20,000 nucleotides of DNA from Catajapyx aquilonaris (lineage: Eukaryota): assembly GCA_000934665.2 (NCBI GenBank), contig JYFJ02005370.1:53618-73617 (forward strand). The letters are read 5' to 3'. The translations under genes were made by a program, and so were the position numbers. The notes below the pieces were generated by a model that saw only the letters and a program-made list of their open reading frames with translations, did not search any database and was not told the DNA's origin. Positions within the stretch are counted from its first letter, which is position 1; every line of letters starts with the position of its first letter. Below, piece by piece: positions 1 through 10,929 of the stretch.

Positions 1-211
1 TACGAGGGCTATATACTGCTTGACCACCTGACGGGTAGAATTATTACACTGCATCATTTCGCACAGTACTTGAGAGACGTAGGCACATGAAAACGTCATT
101 TTGACCACCTACTGTAGCCACCAAGTCCGCTATATGACGCGCTTACATCCACTCAATCGGAAATAGACATTCCCCATTTTACATGTCGCCAATACACATC
201 ATTGATCAACA

Positions 212-515
212 TCACTGTACATGAGTACCTTCACATGCTGGCAGGTAGTCATGACATTTCCTGGTAGTGTACGGCGGCAGCCAACTAGATTCCGGGTATC
301 CCCATACGCTCAGCCGGATCTTCTGCACGCTCTCGTCATGATTGGAGTGCTTTTCTGAGAGGCTTTTCTTCACTTTCTCAAGTGAGAAAGCCACTTCCAC
401 GCGTTAAGCGATGTCAAACACTGTTCACCATATACAACGCACACATTTCGCCATGAATTTCTGCGCTCTTTCCTCCTTGTGTCCACATCAACCTGATAAC
501 ATCCTACTCCTCCAT
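212..515 (-). pseudogene. Internally deleted, frameshifted mariner transposase remnant (N-terminal HTH fused to C-terminal tail)
   Basis: Minus strand from 515 reads MEE*DVIRLMWTQGGKSAEIHGEMCA, then after a frameshift VYGEQCL, matching the mariner HTH pattern EQR.VIRFL...G....EIH..M..VYGE.CLS. Next, 388-212 reads FSLEKVKKSLSEKHSNHDESVQK...W.YPES.W...CEGTHVQ*, resembling the mariner C-terminus (LKK.L.GK.F..DEEV....W...P..F....KC...G.YVE). The catalytic core is absent and no TIR pair was found. Confidence 0.75.
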
Positions 516-2348
516 TCACCCGTACGTTTCCGCATTTGACGTTACATGGGCGTCGTGTCCTGTCACCTATCGAGCTGAAGGTGAAACTTTCAAGTAAGTA
601 AGCCGGGAAGCCCAAAAGCCTTGGTTTCCAAGCCTGGTAGTAAGTTGCAGAAGAGAGTTTGCTCAACAACTGGCAGCAGATCGAACCACGATGAACAAGA
701 TGTCCGGCATGCAAGTAGGCTCCTGATAGGCATAGTTTAGAAGTGGAAGGAGCAGCAGCGAAATGTCGTCACCTATCTATCTCTCCAGCACGAGGCTATA
801 GGCAATTCTGCACCATGGAGCAAGTTTGGCCGATAAGATGGGTGGAAAAGGAGCAATTTCCGAGATGACAGCCGAAGCTTTACAAATCTCTTTTGGTGCG
901 AAGGGGAGTTGACACGGGGAAGGGGCGCGGTGACGTCCTGGCCAGAGATGACTTGCATCGATCCTCACGTCATTGGCTCAAGTCCCGCCAAGATAAATGG
1001 CTCGCAACTCCTGTTGTTCATCGGAGAAAAGGGCATTGACAAAGTCAATGGAAAAGGGCTGCAGGAGAAAAACGGATGGAAGAAGAAGATCCGTTCCCAG
1101 GGCCAATGGAAGGCTTAAGCGCAAAGCACCTGCTATATGGGTCCATTTCATCACCCTCAAGCCTACTCAACTTGCCGGGCTGTCACATCCAATTTAACTT
1201 CAAAGTTTGCCTTCCATTTTCACCAGTTTCAACCGATGAAACCCATTCCTTCTTGCTGACGATAAGTTTGAACGGCACTGTCAATATTGTTTTAACCTTT
1301 TCCTCCCGATCTGATGAATGGAAACATTACTGTCGCCCCAGGAAAAACCTCGCTAAATGTAGCGTTTACGCTCACTAATTCGTCTTTAGAATATGGTACT
1401 TAGTGAAAGAGCAATACGAAGGTTCCAGAAACTTTCCGTCTGGTGACCTTTAGTCGTGTGTTTCTCTCAAGTGTTTATTTTACATATCTATGATATTATC
1501 TGTGATTTTGTAACAATATTGGATTTTGTACATTGTATTTTATGTAGGATAGAATGTTTTTTCTTCTACATAACCATTTTTAAACGGAGTTTTCAATTAA
1601 GCTCTCTGCTGTAGCCTAACAGAGTATGTCACGGCTCAATCTCGGTTATAGTCTACGTACTACAGTATATCGCCCAAAAACATAAAGATGATATAGTACG
1701 TACACGGTCACATTATTTTTGCCTACAGCGAGAATAATATTCTCGCTAAACTATAATTTAGTGGAAAAACTGGGTGTATAGAAAAGAGCTTTTGGAATAC
1801 ACTGTAAAGATGCCTTTAGGGTATAGAAGCTGTCATACGGTATATATCACAAAAGTTCTTTTGAATTGGTATTGGGGGAATGGATTTTATTCATAAGTAC
1901 CGTATCTTCATGCACCTCTTCCACTCGTTTTGTTGGCCAGTCTTACTTGAATGTGGTTTAAGCTTGTTCATGGTATGATTGGAGGTTTATTTCAATGTAT
2001 ATTTAAATACGCATGCATGCTACATACGGCAGGTATTATGAATTTTATTCCGATAATAATTTTCATTTTACAATTTTAATATTTCCTAATTACTTGTATT
2101 ATTAATAACAATTTATTACTTTTATTCCGATATTATCAAACTCTCGCGACCTCCTGCATATCATATAAGCAAATGAAAGTGTTCACAATTTTATTCACGA
2201 CGACAGCCTTATCAACATTTCAAATTCTCTATCTTGTCAAAACCGATTCCGACAAGTAGTGAATACCAAGTGTTAAGTGGTGACGTTACCAGACCAACTC
2301 ACTTTAAGTAGGCAGATATTATTGAAGATGCATGACAATCATCAGCAT

Positions 2349-2560
2349 GGGCGGCACGGACACCTCAGCCTGCTACCTCTGAGGTCCCGCTTCGACCCTC
2401 GAGTCGGACATACTCGTAGGGCACTCTCTTCGTGGAAAGAGTTTCGAGAGATTCTCTCAGTCTTCGCGTGGGTTTTCTCGGGGTTCTATCGTTTCCTCCC
2501 GAATTCCAAAAATCTCTCTTCCACTCTCACCCCCACCTATGTCGCATAGTCTTAGTTGCT
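2349..2560 (+). mobile_element. Degenerate tRNA-derived SINE with V-domain-like core
   Basis: 2466-2512 GCGTGGGTTTTCTCGGGGTTCTATCGTTTCCTCCCGAATTCCAAAAA resembles the V-SINE core (GCGTGGGTTTTCTCCGGGT.CTCCGGTTTCCTCCCA...CCAAA). A decayed B-box-like GCTTCGACCC lies at ~2389-2398. Ends are approximate. Confidence 0.6.
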
Positions 2561-4274
2561 TTGGCTTCCACAACCAACGTTGACACCAGTTTTTGGTTGG
2601 CCACACATTGCTGTATTACACAACATACTCTTAAATAAGAAAACATGTTTTACATAATTATAATCATATTCAGAACCATTGTAGACACTTCAACGTGGTT
2701 TGTTTCTTATTTATGTCTAGGCTCGATGAAAGATCAGCATATGGCCTACAGATAGGTAAAATATTACCAATTATGCAGCTAGAATAAATTATACCTCCTT
2801 TATAAGCTTCAGTTGACTTTGACTCGAGAATTGAGCAGCAGATTGCAATCACGAGCCTTTGTGTCGAAGCAAAAAAGTCGACATCACGAAGCGAATTTGA
2901 TCAGGTTCGCAGTCCGAATTAATCAAGGGTGGTAGATTGGATGCCTTGGAAGTGAAGAGCAATGACGAAGACCTCCAACTCGTCGACAACCCGAGGCCAC
3001 GACAAACTCCTTCAACTCTGCGTATTTCTGCTTCTGCAATCCAAATTAAACAGCCGCCCAATCGCTCTCCAGAGATACGCCTTATTCCTGTTATGGAGCA
3101 CGCACCTTTATCATCCTGCTGGCTGCCTTCCTTGTCCTTAAAATAGGAATCGATCCATAGGGAACATAGGGAAATAAATGGAGGAAGGTCGTACAAGAAG
3201 CCAAATGCAAATTCACCTGGAACCACTAAAGAAACTTTAGGGGTGGCATTGCCCACTAATGAATATGCAAAAAGTCTAATCACTTTTTCACGTTCCTTCC
3301 CTTCCAATTTAGAAACCGATCTGTTTCGTCAGGCAAATAATGAGAAGCTATGTGACATTACATCCGGGGCTTGATTCGAGTCCCGGATGTGGCGATGACG
3401 TCATGTAACATGACCCGAACTGCACGCGTGCTGGTGGGCAGACATCCCGTTTGTCAATCATCACAACTTTTTGCAACATTTTACCCCTTAGCCAGGTCGA
3501 AAAAAGCGGGTGTAACGTCAAGAAAGGCAGGTTTGCGCCGTAAAGGTAATCAGCCGTCAAACCACGTCCGTGTTACTGTAACCCTGCGTGTTAGTTCATG
3601 TCAGTCTATCGCTTTTCTAACATTTTTTTTCCTACCGTGGCCTTCCCCGTGAACCAAACGATAATGTGATGGAAATTTGGCTTAAACCACTCAGTGTATG
3701 TTATTGCATTACTTCCACAATTAACTGTTAATTTATAATAATTACCTTAACATATAGTGTGCTTGTAGTTTGATTGCTCGTTATAATAACGGCTGTTATC
3801 TCATTATCGAAGGTTTTCTAAATATTAATTAATAACCACTAGAGTAAGTAGTATTATGCTGTGGATATATTGAGGTTATACTGCATAGCCCGCATATATA
3901 TGTGTGTCATACGTAGGATAAGTGAAGGTGAAAAATAGCAACATAGGAAAATAAAATATGTCCACAAAATAATAGTGCAAGACAATGCAAATACATGTGC
4001 CCATAAATGAATTTTCACTGGTGATTATTGCATGCCAGTGAAACATAGCATTTAGACATGGATGACCACTGTTACTTTGATCATAAGTTTACTGCATATG
4101 TAAGGAGGAATAAATGCAGGTAGTACGTAATAAAGGACCTGTTCAAAGTTATCCTGACTCAGAAAGGCAACCCGCATGGCCCAATGATTCGTGTCTTTAG
4201 ATTGGAGCAGATCACTGGCACGCAGGCAACGCAGGGGAGTTGGATCAAAATGTTGATGTCAAGTCACTCTAATA

Positions 4275-4952
4275 CAGGGTGATTACAAATGAATAGTACA
4301 ATTACAAATGCATATAGCTCCGTACCTAACAACCGTACATGAACGTGTTATACACCAAATGAAAGAGGAGGTTTTAAAGTTTTTTTCATACCTTATAAAT
4401 GTTCTATATGATTTCCCTTGGTCACTCGAGAAACGTCGATCCGATAGTGCAATTCCTCCCATACTCGTGCCAGCATGTCCGTTGTCACTGACTCAACCGC
4501 AGTAACCATGCACTGGCATTCAGATGTTCGCCAGTTTCCGAACAATGTGCTCCTTCGTCGTTGGATAGGTCGCAGTGACCTGCAAGACTTGGCGCTTTAC
4601 TGCTGGCGCCCAAGGTCGCCGGATTTGACACCATGCGACTTCTTCCTTTGGGGGTACGTTAAGGATGCTGTGCACGTGCCACCGATGCCAACAACCCTGG
4701 ATGAACTCAAACATCGCATTGTTACTGCGGTTGAGTCAGTGACAACGGACATGCTGGCACGAGTATAGGAGGAATTGCACTATCGGATTGACGTTTCTCG
4801 AGTGACCAAGGGAAGTCATATAGAACATTTATAAGGTACGAAATAAACTTTAAAACCTCCTCTTTCATTTGGTGTATAACACGTTAATGTGCGGTTGATA
4901 GGTACGGAGCTATATGCATTTGTAATTATACTATTCATTTGTAATCACCCTG
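4275..4952. mobile_element. Tc1/mariner-superfamily non-autonomous element with 237-bp inverted arms
   Basis: TA|CAGGGTGATTACAAATG ... CATTTGTAATCACCCTG|TA, with TA at 4273-4274 and 4953-4954. Arms 4275-4511 and 4716-4952 are near-identical inverted repeats, and a transposase fragment lies inside. Confidence 0.95.
4562..4834 (+). pseudogene. C-terminal fragment of a Tc1/mariner-superfamily transposase (maT/rosa-like WPPRSPDLTPCDFFLWG type)
   Basis: Reads WIGRSDLQDLALYCWRPRSPDLTPCDFFLWGYVKDAVHVPPMPTTLDELKHRIVTAVESVTTDMLARV*EELHYRIDVSRVTKGSHIEHL*. Premature TAG at 4766-4768; N-terminal two-thirds missing. Confidence 0.9.
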
Positions 4953-5730
4953 TATATGTCATTCAATGGAAGAATGCTTCTAACGGGTGACCTTCAACAG
5001 TTTGGAGAAAGAGTTCGGCCTTGCTTTGCCAACGAACGCCATCTTGAGTCCGCCCCTCTCTCTCCTCTTTCTCTTTTAGGGGAGAGTGAGAGAGAGGAGA
5101 GGGAGTGAGGGAGAAATACGCGATTGGGCAAACGCGTGATATCTTTATTGGACTTGCATTTCGCATGATTGACACTCTCGCGAGGCATTTGCCCAACGCT
5201 ATTATTCTTACAACATTTTTACGGTGTAAAACCCACATAAATTGTCTTTGGCGCAACTGTCATTATGATATGGTGCGGGTGCCCCATGTGGCAACATATT
5301 TTGAATACTACCAAGGCCTCCAGATAGCAACACCTACCACATCAAAGATACAGTGAGTGGCGAACACAGCGGGGTTTAGCGTACAACTAGGTGCATAGAA
5401 TATACACTACACGATGAGCCTAATTTTTGTCGTTTGGGTTGTGGGGCTACTCAGGGTAACCTTGAACAGGTCCTTTCTAATGTCTAGAATACAATAGATG
5501 AGGAAACGGAAGGATAAATTAGCGATGCAGGATATACAGTATAGCATGCTTACATGAAGCATGTCTGAAAAATCAGTTCAAAGTGTCGTTCTCATGACAT
5601 CAACAAAGCTAGATGGTCAAGGCAATAAGGCTATGTTCATTACCAGGCATGGTTGATATTTCAATGCTGTTGGGACATTACGTGTACTATGCTGAGTAGT
5701 TTAATGGATCATTACTGTAGAGCAGCCCTC

Positions 5731-6016
5731 CGCCGGCGCGGCGCTGGTGGTCTGTTGGTTACACCGCTCGCCTCTAGACCCAAAGTTGTGGGTTCGAACC
5801 CGGCCGAGGTCGGTGACTTTTCTCCGGGTGGTAGAAAAGTGAGAGTGCGTCTTCCTTCGGAGGGGAAGTAAAGCCGTCGGTCCCGTGTGCTTGTGACATT
5901 GCGCGAGTGCACGTCAAAGATCCCCAGAGTGGCCAAATGTCCAGGAGGAGGATCACCCCCTGGCGTCGGTGTTGAGCCTCGCGGCAGAAATAGGCCGACG
6001 TTAAGCCCCCACTAAA
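5731..6016 (+). mobile_element. Full-length tRNA-derived SINE (central region resembles Nin/Deu-domain arthropod SINEs)
   Basis: A-box TGGTCTGTTGG (5748-5758) and B-box GGTTCGAACCC (5791-5801). Body motifs CCTTCGGAGGGGAAGTAAAGCCGTCGGTCCC and GCACGTCAAAGATCCCC; 3' GACGTTAAGCCCC. TSD GTAGAGCAGCCCTC (5717-5730) / GTAGAGCAACCCCC (6017-6030). Confidence 0.9.
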
Positions 6017-6062
6017 GTAGAGCAACCCCCAGTCACTCCCTATACCAGTACATTATTACCCC

Positions 6063-6368
6063 CGTGAGCTTAGCTAATCTCCTCCACCGAGGGGGATTGG
6101 CGACGTTCGGCGCTAGAGTCAAGTGCCAGTACAGGTGGCGCCTTACCTAGCGAGGCAATTCTGAACCATTTTGGTCGACTCCGATTGGCTGGAGTCTGAA
6201 AGGCCTCATGTGGAGTGCCATGTTGGGGCCCAAGGAGGCCAGCCAATCGGAGTCGACCAAAAGGGTTCAGAATTGCCACGCTAGGTAAGGCGCCACCTGT
6301 ACTGGCACTTGACTCTAGCGCCGAACGTGGCCAACCCCCCTCGGTGAGGGAGATCAGGTAAGCTCACG
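6063..6368. mobile_element. Palindromic MITE / fold-back element, superfamily unassigned
   Basis: 130-bp arms 6063-6192 and 6239-6368 are near-perfect inverted repeats (CGTGAGCTTA...TAAGCTCACG) around a 46-bp spacer. No TSD recognised. Confidence 0.85.
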
Positions 6369-6387
6369 CGAAAAGAGGGCCAGTGAC

Positions 6388-6419
6388 GGGGGGGGGNNNN
6401 NNNNGGGGGGGGGGGGGGG
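6388..6419. repeat. Poly-G tract containing unresolved bases
   Basis: G9-N8-G15 read directly from the sequence. Confidence 0.95.
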
Positions 6420-7293
6420 TGCTGTAGAGGTAGTTGTCATGATCACGTAACAGTATATGGGATGAATATAGGCCGACGGGGCCAATGACCTTTTGATGCT
6501 GCATTTTACGACGAATGAAGGAAAAGGGAATATGGTAGGGTTTGGCTTGAGTTTGACGAAAGTTTGACACTTGCGTAGGTCGAAATATTTCATTGTGCCT
6601 AGATCAAAACTCCCTTCTACCTTTTCCTTCCAGCCTTTAGGTAATTTTTAATTTTCTTGCCCGAAATTGTGCCTTTGCACAGCCTTTTCCAATATCTAGA
6701 CCAGTTTTGCGGATTTCTTATCATCAACAGTCAGGGGGATTGGGCATTTCCTTATGAAACTAAAACTAAAACAGATGATTAAAAAGTGCATTAAATTTTT
6801 TTAACTGGATACGTTTATGAGAAGAAGTTTAGTTTGGATGGTTGACACTGGAAAAGCTTCACATTGAGGCAATTAATAGCAATTACAAAATAAATAATGT
6901 ACCTTCTCAAGAGATAACAATATTGTTCAGGTAGAATATAGACTACTGTAGTGAGCTGCGAATGGAAATAAGGAAATGCAAGACCAAAGTAATGATACGA
7001 GTACAATGTAGAATTTTATCAGAAAGTTACTGTCTTAAAAATACTGTTTGAATCATCCGATAATTTGAGGTTTTGGGGGTCATTCCAACAGAATGATTTT
7101 AATGAGGTTATATTGACTTCACTATTTAACAAAAATTGCAGTAAAATGACTTTACTCAAGATAAAATTATGATGCTTGCAAAATTTTACAGAGTTCAGAT
7201 GTTGCATTGACACCACGGATCTGGAGTAGGCCTACACGAAACACATAATGCATCAAAGCTTTAAGAAATATACGGTACGTGAATTATGGAAAA

Positions 7294-7322
7294 CTAGCAG
7301 GGGACCAGTTCTTCGCACGGGG
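7294..7322 (-). mobile_element. Possible Helitron-type 3' terminus (degenerate hairpin plus CTAG|T)
   Basis: Minus strand CCCCGTGCGAAGAACTGGTCCCCTGCTAG|T: a decayed CCCGTGC-GAA-GCACGGG-like hairpin a few nt before a terminal CTAG followed by T. 5' end not located. Confidence 0.45.
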
Positions 7323-7450
7323 ATTGATAAATGAAAGAAGTTTGTAAAACCTTCATAATTTTTATACTCTATAGTTAGCTAAGTCAGTGTAAAATGCTCT
7401 GTGCTCACGGTAGTGATGGCTTTGAACATGTGTCACATGAGAAATACCTG

Positions 7451-7559
7451 GGATGGAATTTGCGTCGTACTACTAGTTACTTCTAACTTAGCAGCACCAG
7501 TGTAGTGCAATGGTACTGCTAAGTTAGCAGTAACTAGTGGTACGACGAAAATTCTACCC
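7451..7559. mobile_element. 109-bp palindromic PIF/Harbinger-like MITE with CTG TSD
   Basis: CTG|GGATGGAATTTGCGTCGTAC...GTACGACGAAAATTCTACCC|CTG, with CTG at 7448-7450 and 7560-7562; ~49-bp imperfect arms. Confidence 0.8.
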
Positions 7560-7577
7560 CTGGTGTGGCCCGAATAA

Positions 7578-8274
7578 AGGCCTTTTTACGGTCACAATGT
7601 GAGCCAAAGTCGCGCGGCAAGGTTCTTGGCGAACGACAAAAGGGGGGTTGCCCTATAGGTCTTGTCGGAACGACTCTAGCATATGTGACCATATTTATTT
7701 GAGATAGTCTTTGTCGTCTTGGAAGCTACGAAGTCGTTTTTCTTGCTACTATGTCTTCCCCATGCTCCCACTCCATCTGACCAATCAGAGCCTTTCCTCC
7801 CTTCCAACTCTCCCTCAAGAGCAAGGGGAAAGCGCGGGCAATACAACATTGGGCACGACATTGAATTGCACGACAGCCTTCCCCCTGCTCCCTCTTTTCG
7901 GAACCAATCAGCGCAGCGTCCCGGTAGAGCCTGTCCTTTTCCCTGTCCCCAAGATGGTCGCAACTCAGAAGGACCTCGGAAACACGGCTCGAAAAGCAGC
8001 TTGACCGGTCCTCCCCCTCCGGACTCATCCGGTTTCCCTCCCTCCGCCTGCCGACCAGCCATGGACCAACCCCCCTCACAAAGAGTACCCAGGGGTGAGG
8101 AGGTGACCCGGCGGACCTACCGAGGACTCGCATTCAAGCTGATGGATGTGCGACTTCGCACATGTGCAACATGCTTCTAGTCGGAATGGCGTAAACGCAT
8201 GGTGCGATTCGTGTGCCCGACAGAAAAGTCGTTCGCGCGACTTTGGCTCACATCGTGAGAGCGTAAACACGCCT
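7578..8274. mobile_element. PIF/Harbinger-like non-autonomous element with TAA TSD
   Basis: TAA|AGGCCTTTTTACG...CGTAAACACGCCT|TAA, with TAA at 7575-7577 and 8275-8277. ~40-bp TIRs (7578-7616 / 8234-8274) share a perfect 20-bp core ATGTGAGCCAAAGTCGCGCG. Confidence 0.88.
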
Positions 8275-8695
8275 TAAGGGTGTGCAGAGCCAGTATTTGA
8301 GTACGTCATTATCAAAACCACAGGTAACACCGTTTTAGGAACAAAATTTTCAGGAAACGCGAATTTCTGATTTCGCAGTTTTTCGTCTTCCTAAATGTAA
8401 CCCTTTCCACTGACAAATAAACTGCCTCCGTTGCAGTGACATGGTGTATTACAGTAGTTTGATATTGATTTTATTAATAGTGTCATTACATGAGGGCAGG
8501 ATACCACGTTTGTTACAAAAAACGAATCAGGATTGATTTTTTAAAAGTTATATGCTATATATAGGGTACGTATTCAAAAGAAGTTATCCCAACGTGTACT
8601 AAATAAGTCTAAATTTTTGTTATCACATTCATAACCCTCTTGCCGATTATTTCATTGGCGTATTATTGAGCACACTGTCTTCTGTTGTCCTTTGT

Positions 8696-8699
<4 letters not shown>

Positions 8700-8747
<48 letters not shown>

Positions 8748-8755
8748 TCNCTCTC
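8700..8755. repeat. (TC)n microsatellite
   Basis: More than 20 uninterrupted TC units followed by a C-rich tail; one N. Confidence 0.97.
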
Positions 8756-9645
8756 CTCCCCCCCCCCACAATTTCCCGCATTGTGTGATCTCCCTTCCTG
8801 GCAATATTGTCTTGCCACTTTTATACAATGCCGTCAGTTGGTTGGTTGGCTGATTAGGGAAGTCAAAGCATCTAAGGTTATCTGGGGAGGGTGAGATGGG
8901 AAGGGAGGTTTTTGGACAGTGCAGTGGGAAGAAACGAAAAACCTACTGGAACAAAGCTCTGTTCGCATGAAAAACAGTTAGCTCTGTTCAACCAGGGATG
9001 CAAAGCATACTAACCTCTGAGGTGGAAGGTTGTGACGTTAGCCACAACACCAACATGCCACCCGCCTATTGGACTTTGCAGGGTTATGATTTGCTCCAAT
9101 AAGCTTATGAATTGTTTTAAATTCCACTCACAAGGAATTCGCAAGCTCTGAAGATTGTGGTCTGCTCTCTCTGTACATATTATGATGCAGAGAAACTGCA
9201 GATGCTGTGTGCTCTTCATATTAGCGACTTGGCAACACAGCTTATTGCTATTAGAATATGTATTGTTTAACCAAAAATATCCCAACCATCAATATTCAAC
9301 TGCTGTGAAGAACAGGATTCTACAGACTACAGTACCACTGATAGTTACTTTCCATTAACATGTCGTCAAGCGGAATGTCATTCAAATCGTGGTCTTATCT
9401 TTGACGGTGCCAGCATCACCGCATAATTAGAGCACAGAATGTTTGTGCGCACGGTATACCTCTCTACCTATGTTGCACACAGAGCAGGGGTTGGCTGAAT
9501 GCAAGGTTAAATGGGAATAAAATCCACATGGGAGAGGCCGTGTGGGTATGATTCATTCTGTTTTGAATTTGGCGGGTGGAGGGACGGGGGAGTAGAGGAG
9601 AGTAGGAGCAGAGAAAAAAATTGGGGTACACTTTGTGTGTTTTTC

Positions 9646-10012
9646 CCAGCCCACGGACACTACCCCTACCTTCTGGGCTTATCACCTGACGGGGTGTTTT
9701 GCAGCGGGTGCTCACCTGAGAGCGCCATGAGACATTTCCCAGAGCAATTATGTGGCGACCCTACCGGATTAGGCTGAACTTTATAGGTACAAAAGGGAAG
9801 CGCTACATTGGGGACCCGACATGGGCGCCGGCGGCCATGTTGGGCCCACATGTAGCGCTTCCCTTTTGTACCTATAAAGTTCAGCCTAGTCCGGTAGGGT
9901 CGCCACATGATAGCTCTGGGAAATGTCTCATGGCGGTCTCAGGTGAGCACCCGCTGCAAAACCCCTCGGCAGGTGATAAGCCCAGAAGATAGGGGTAGTG
10001 TCCGTGGGCTGG
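9646..10012. mobile_element. 367-bp almost fully palindromic MITE, superfamily unassigned
   Basis: CCAGCCCACGGACACTACCCCTA...TAGGGGTAGTGTCCGTGGGCTGG; the arms pair to the centre at ~9830. This explains the mirror-image ORFs 9666-9908(-) and 9750-9992(+). No clean TSD. Confidence 0.88.
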
Positions 10013-10929
10013 CACTGACAGTGAGAGTCGTCTCAGCGCTAAATTTTGAAAACAAAGTTTTTCAAACTGCTCCCAATATTTGACGATTTGATTAGGGCCT
10101 ACCATGTATTGATTCGATCGACTTATTGGGATTTTAATTGACCTTGCGAGTATGCTGCGCCATTTAATGTCATTGACTTGCAAAGAGATTGCCCCTGGCT
10201 GAGCGAAGATGAAGGAGGAGAGGTCAAAATGGTTAGGACAGAAATTGAGGTAATAATATGCAACATTGTAAATAACATACGGTACATAAGAAAGGAGAGG
10301 ATAATTATGTAAATTCTTGGGACGGATGGTAGCGTACTGTAGAATTATTAAAATATGATATTGGAAGGGGAAACGGAATGTTTTGGAAACACGGGAAATT
10401 ATTCTAAGGGGCTACTATGTTTATGATTTGAATTTATGTTCACTCGTTCCTGATGTACTGTGTAGGCACATGTTACTGTTGCGGATTGAATGGATCACAC
10501 TCGGATTGTGTAGAGTGAGTAAAGCTGTTTGGCCGCCAGCGCTCAGCAGTGTCAGTTCCATTTTAATAAAAATGCCTGGAGCCACATTTTTCCGCCAAGC
10601 GCACTCCGTACCCCATAATTAGACTGTTACGTAGGTCCTAAACAAAACTTGAACTTTCCTCGGGCAAAAATGAAAGTGATCACGTGCCTATTCCTCCCTG
10701 AAACTTTCGGTTCCTCCGCGATACATTGCTCAATTCAACAAAAACTTCTCTCCCCCCCCCCCTCCCCCCAAATGGAAAGTGTTTCAAGTCTGGAGACAGA
10801 AGAAGGGGTGTAGCTGGGGTAGGGAAGTTTCTCCAGCTTTTCAAAACGCATTCGACAATGACAATACAAACTGACTGAATTTAATTAAATTTGGAGAAAT
10901 GTGTCACAAACACGCGCTTGTCGTCATCA

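Larger units (their letters stand above)
4134..5474. mobile_element. Non-autonomous TIR element (Kolobok-like AGG...CCT ends) hosting a nested Tc1/mariner MITE
   Basis: AAAGGACCTGTTCAAAGTTATCCTGA (4132-4157) matches the reverse complement of TCAGGGTAACCTTGAACAGGTCCTTT (5451-5476) with 2 mismatches in 26. The flanks ATAA / TTCT only partly fit a TTAA TSD, so the superfamily is tentative. Confidence 0.65.

Noticed and set aside
1..116. TACGAGGG at position 1 and TTTTGACCACCTACTG|TA at 99-116 as Tc1/mariner TIR ends
   Set aside because: Plausible, but no partner repeat was found inside the window.
3146..3195. DLPP...LWIDS as the missing BTG box B
   Set aside because: Lacks the WVDP.EV..R.G signature, lies 12 kb away and is embedded in an unrelated frame.
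5741..5812. tRNA gene
   Set aside because: Only A/B boxes are retained; it is part of a TSD-flanked SINE.
7676..8180. Overlapping 97-153 aa ORFs on both strands
   Set aside because: They lie inside the GC-rich interior of a TAA-flanked MITE, are Pro/Ser/Gly-rich, and show no Harbinger transposase or Myb/SANT motif.
9011..9066. Minus-strand SINE head remnant (TGGTGTTGTGG A-box-like, CCACCTCAGAGG)
   Set aside because: Too short; no B-box or body.
9511..9992. Near-identical ORFs on opposite strands (MWRPYR...)
   Set aside because: Artefact of the palindromic MITE.
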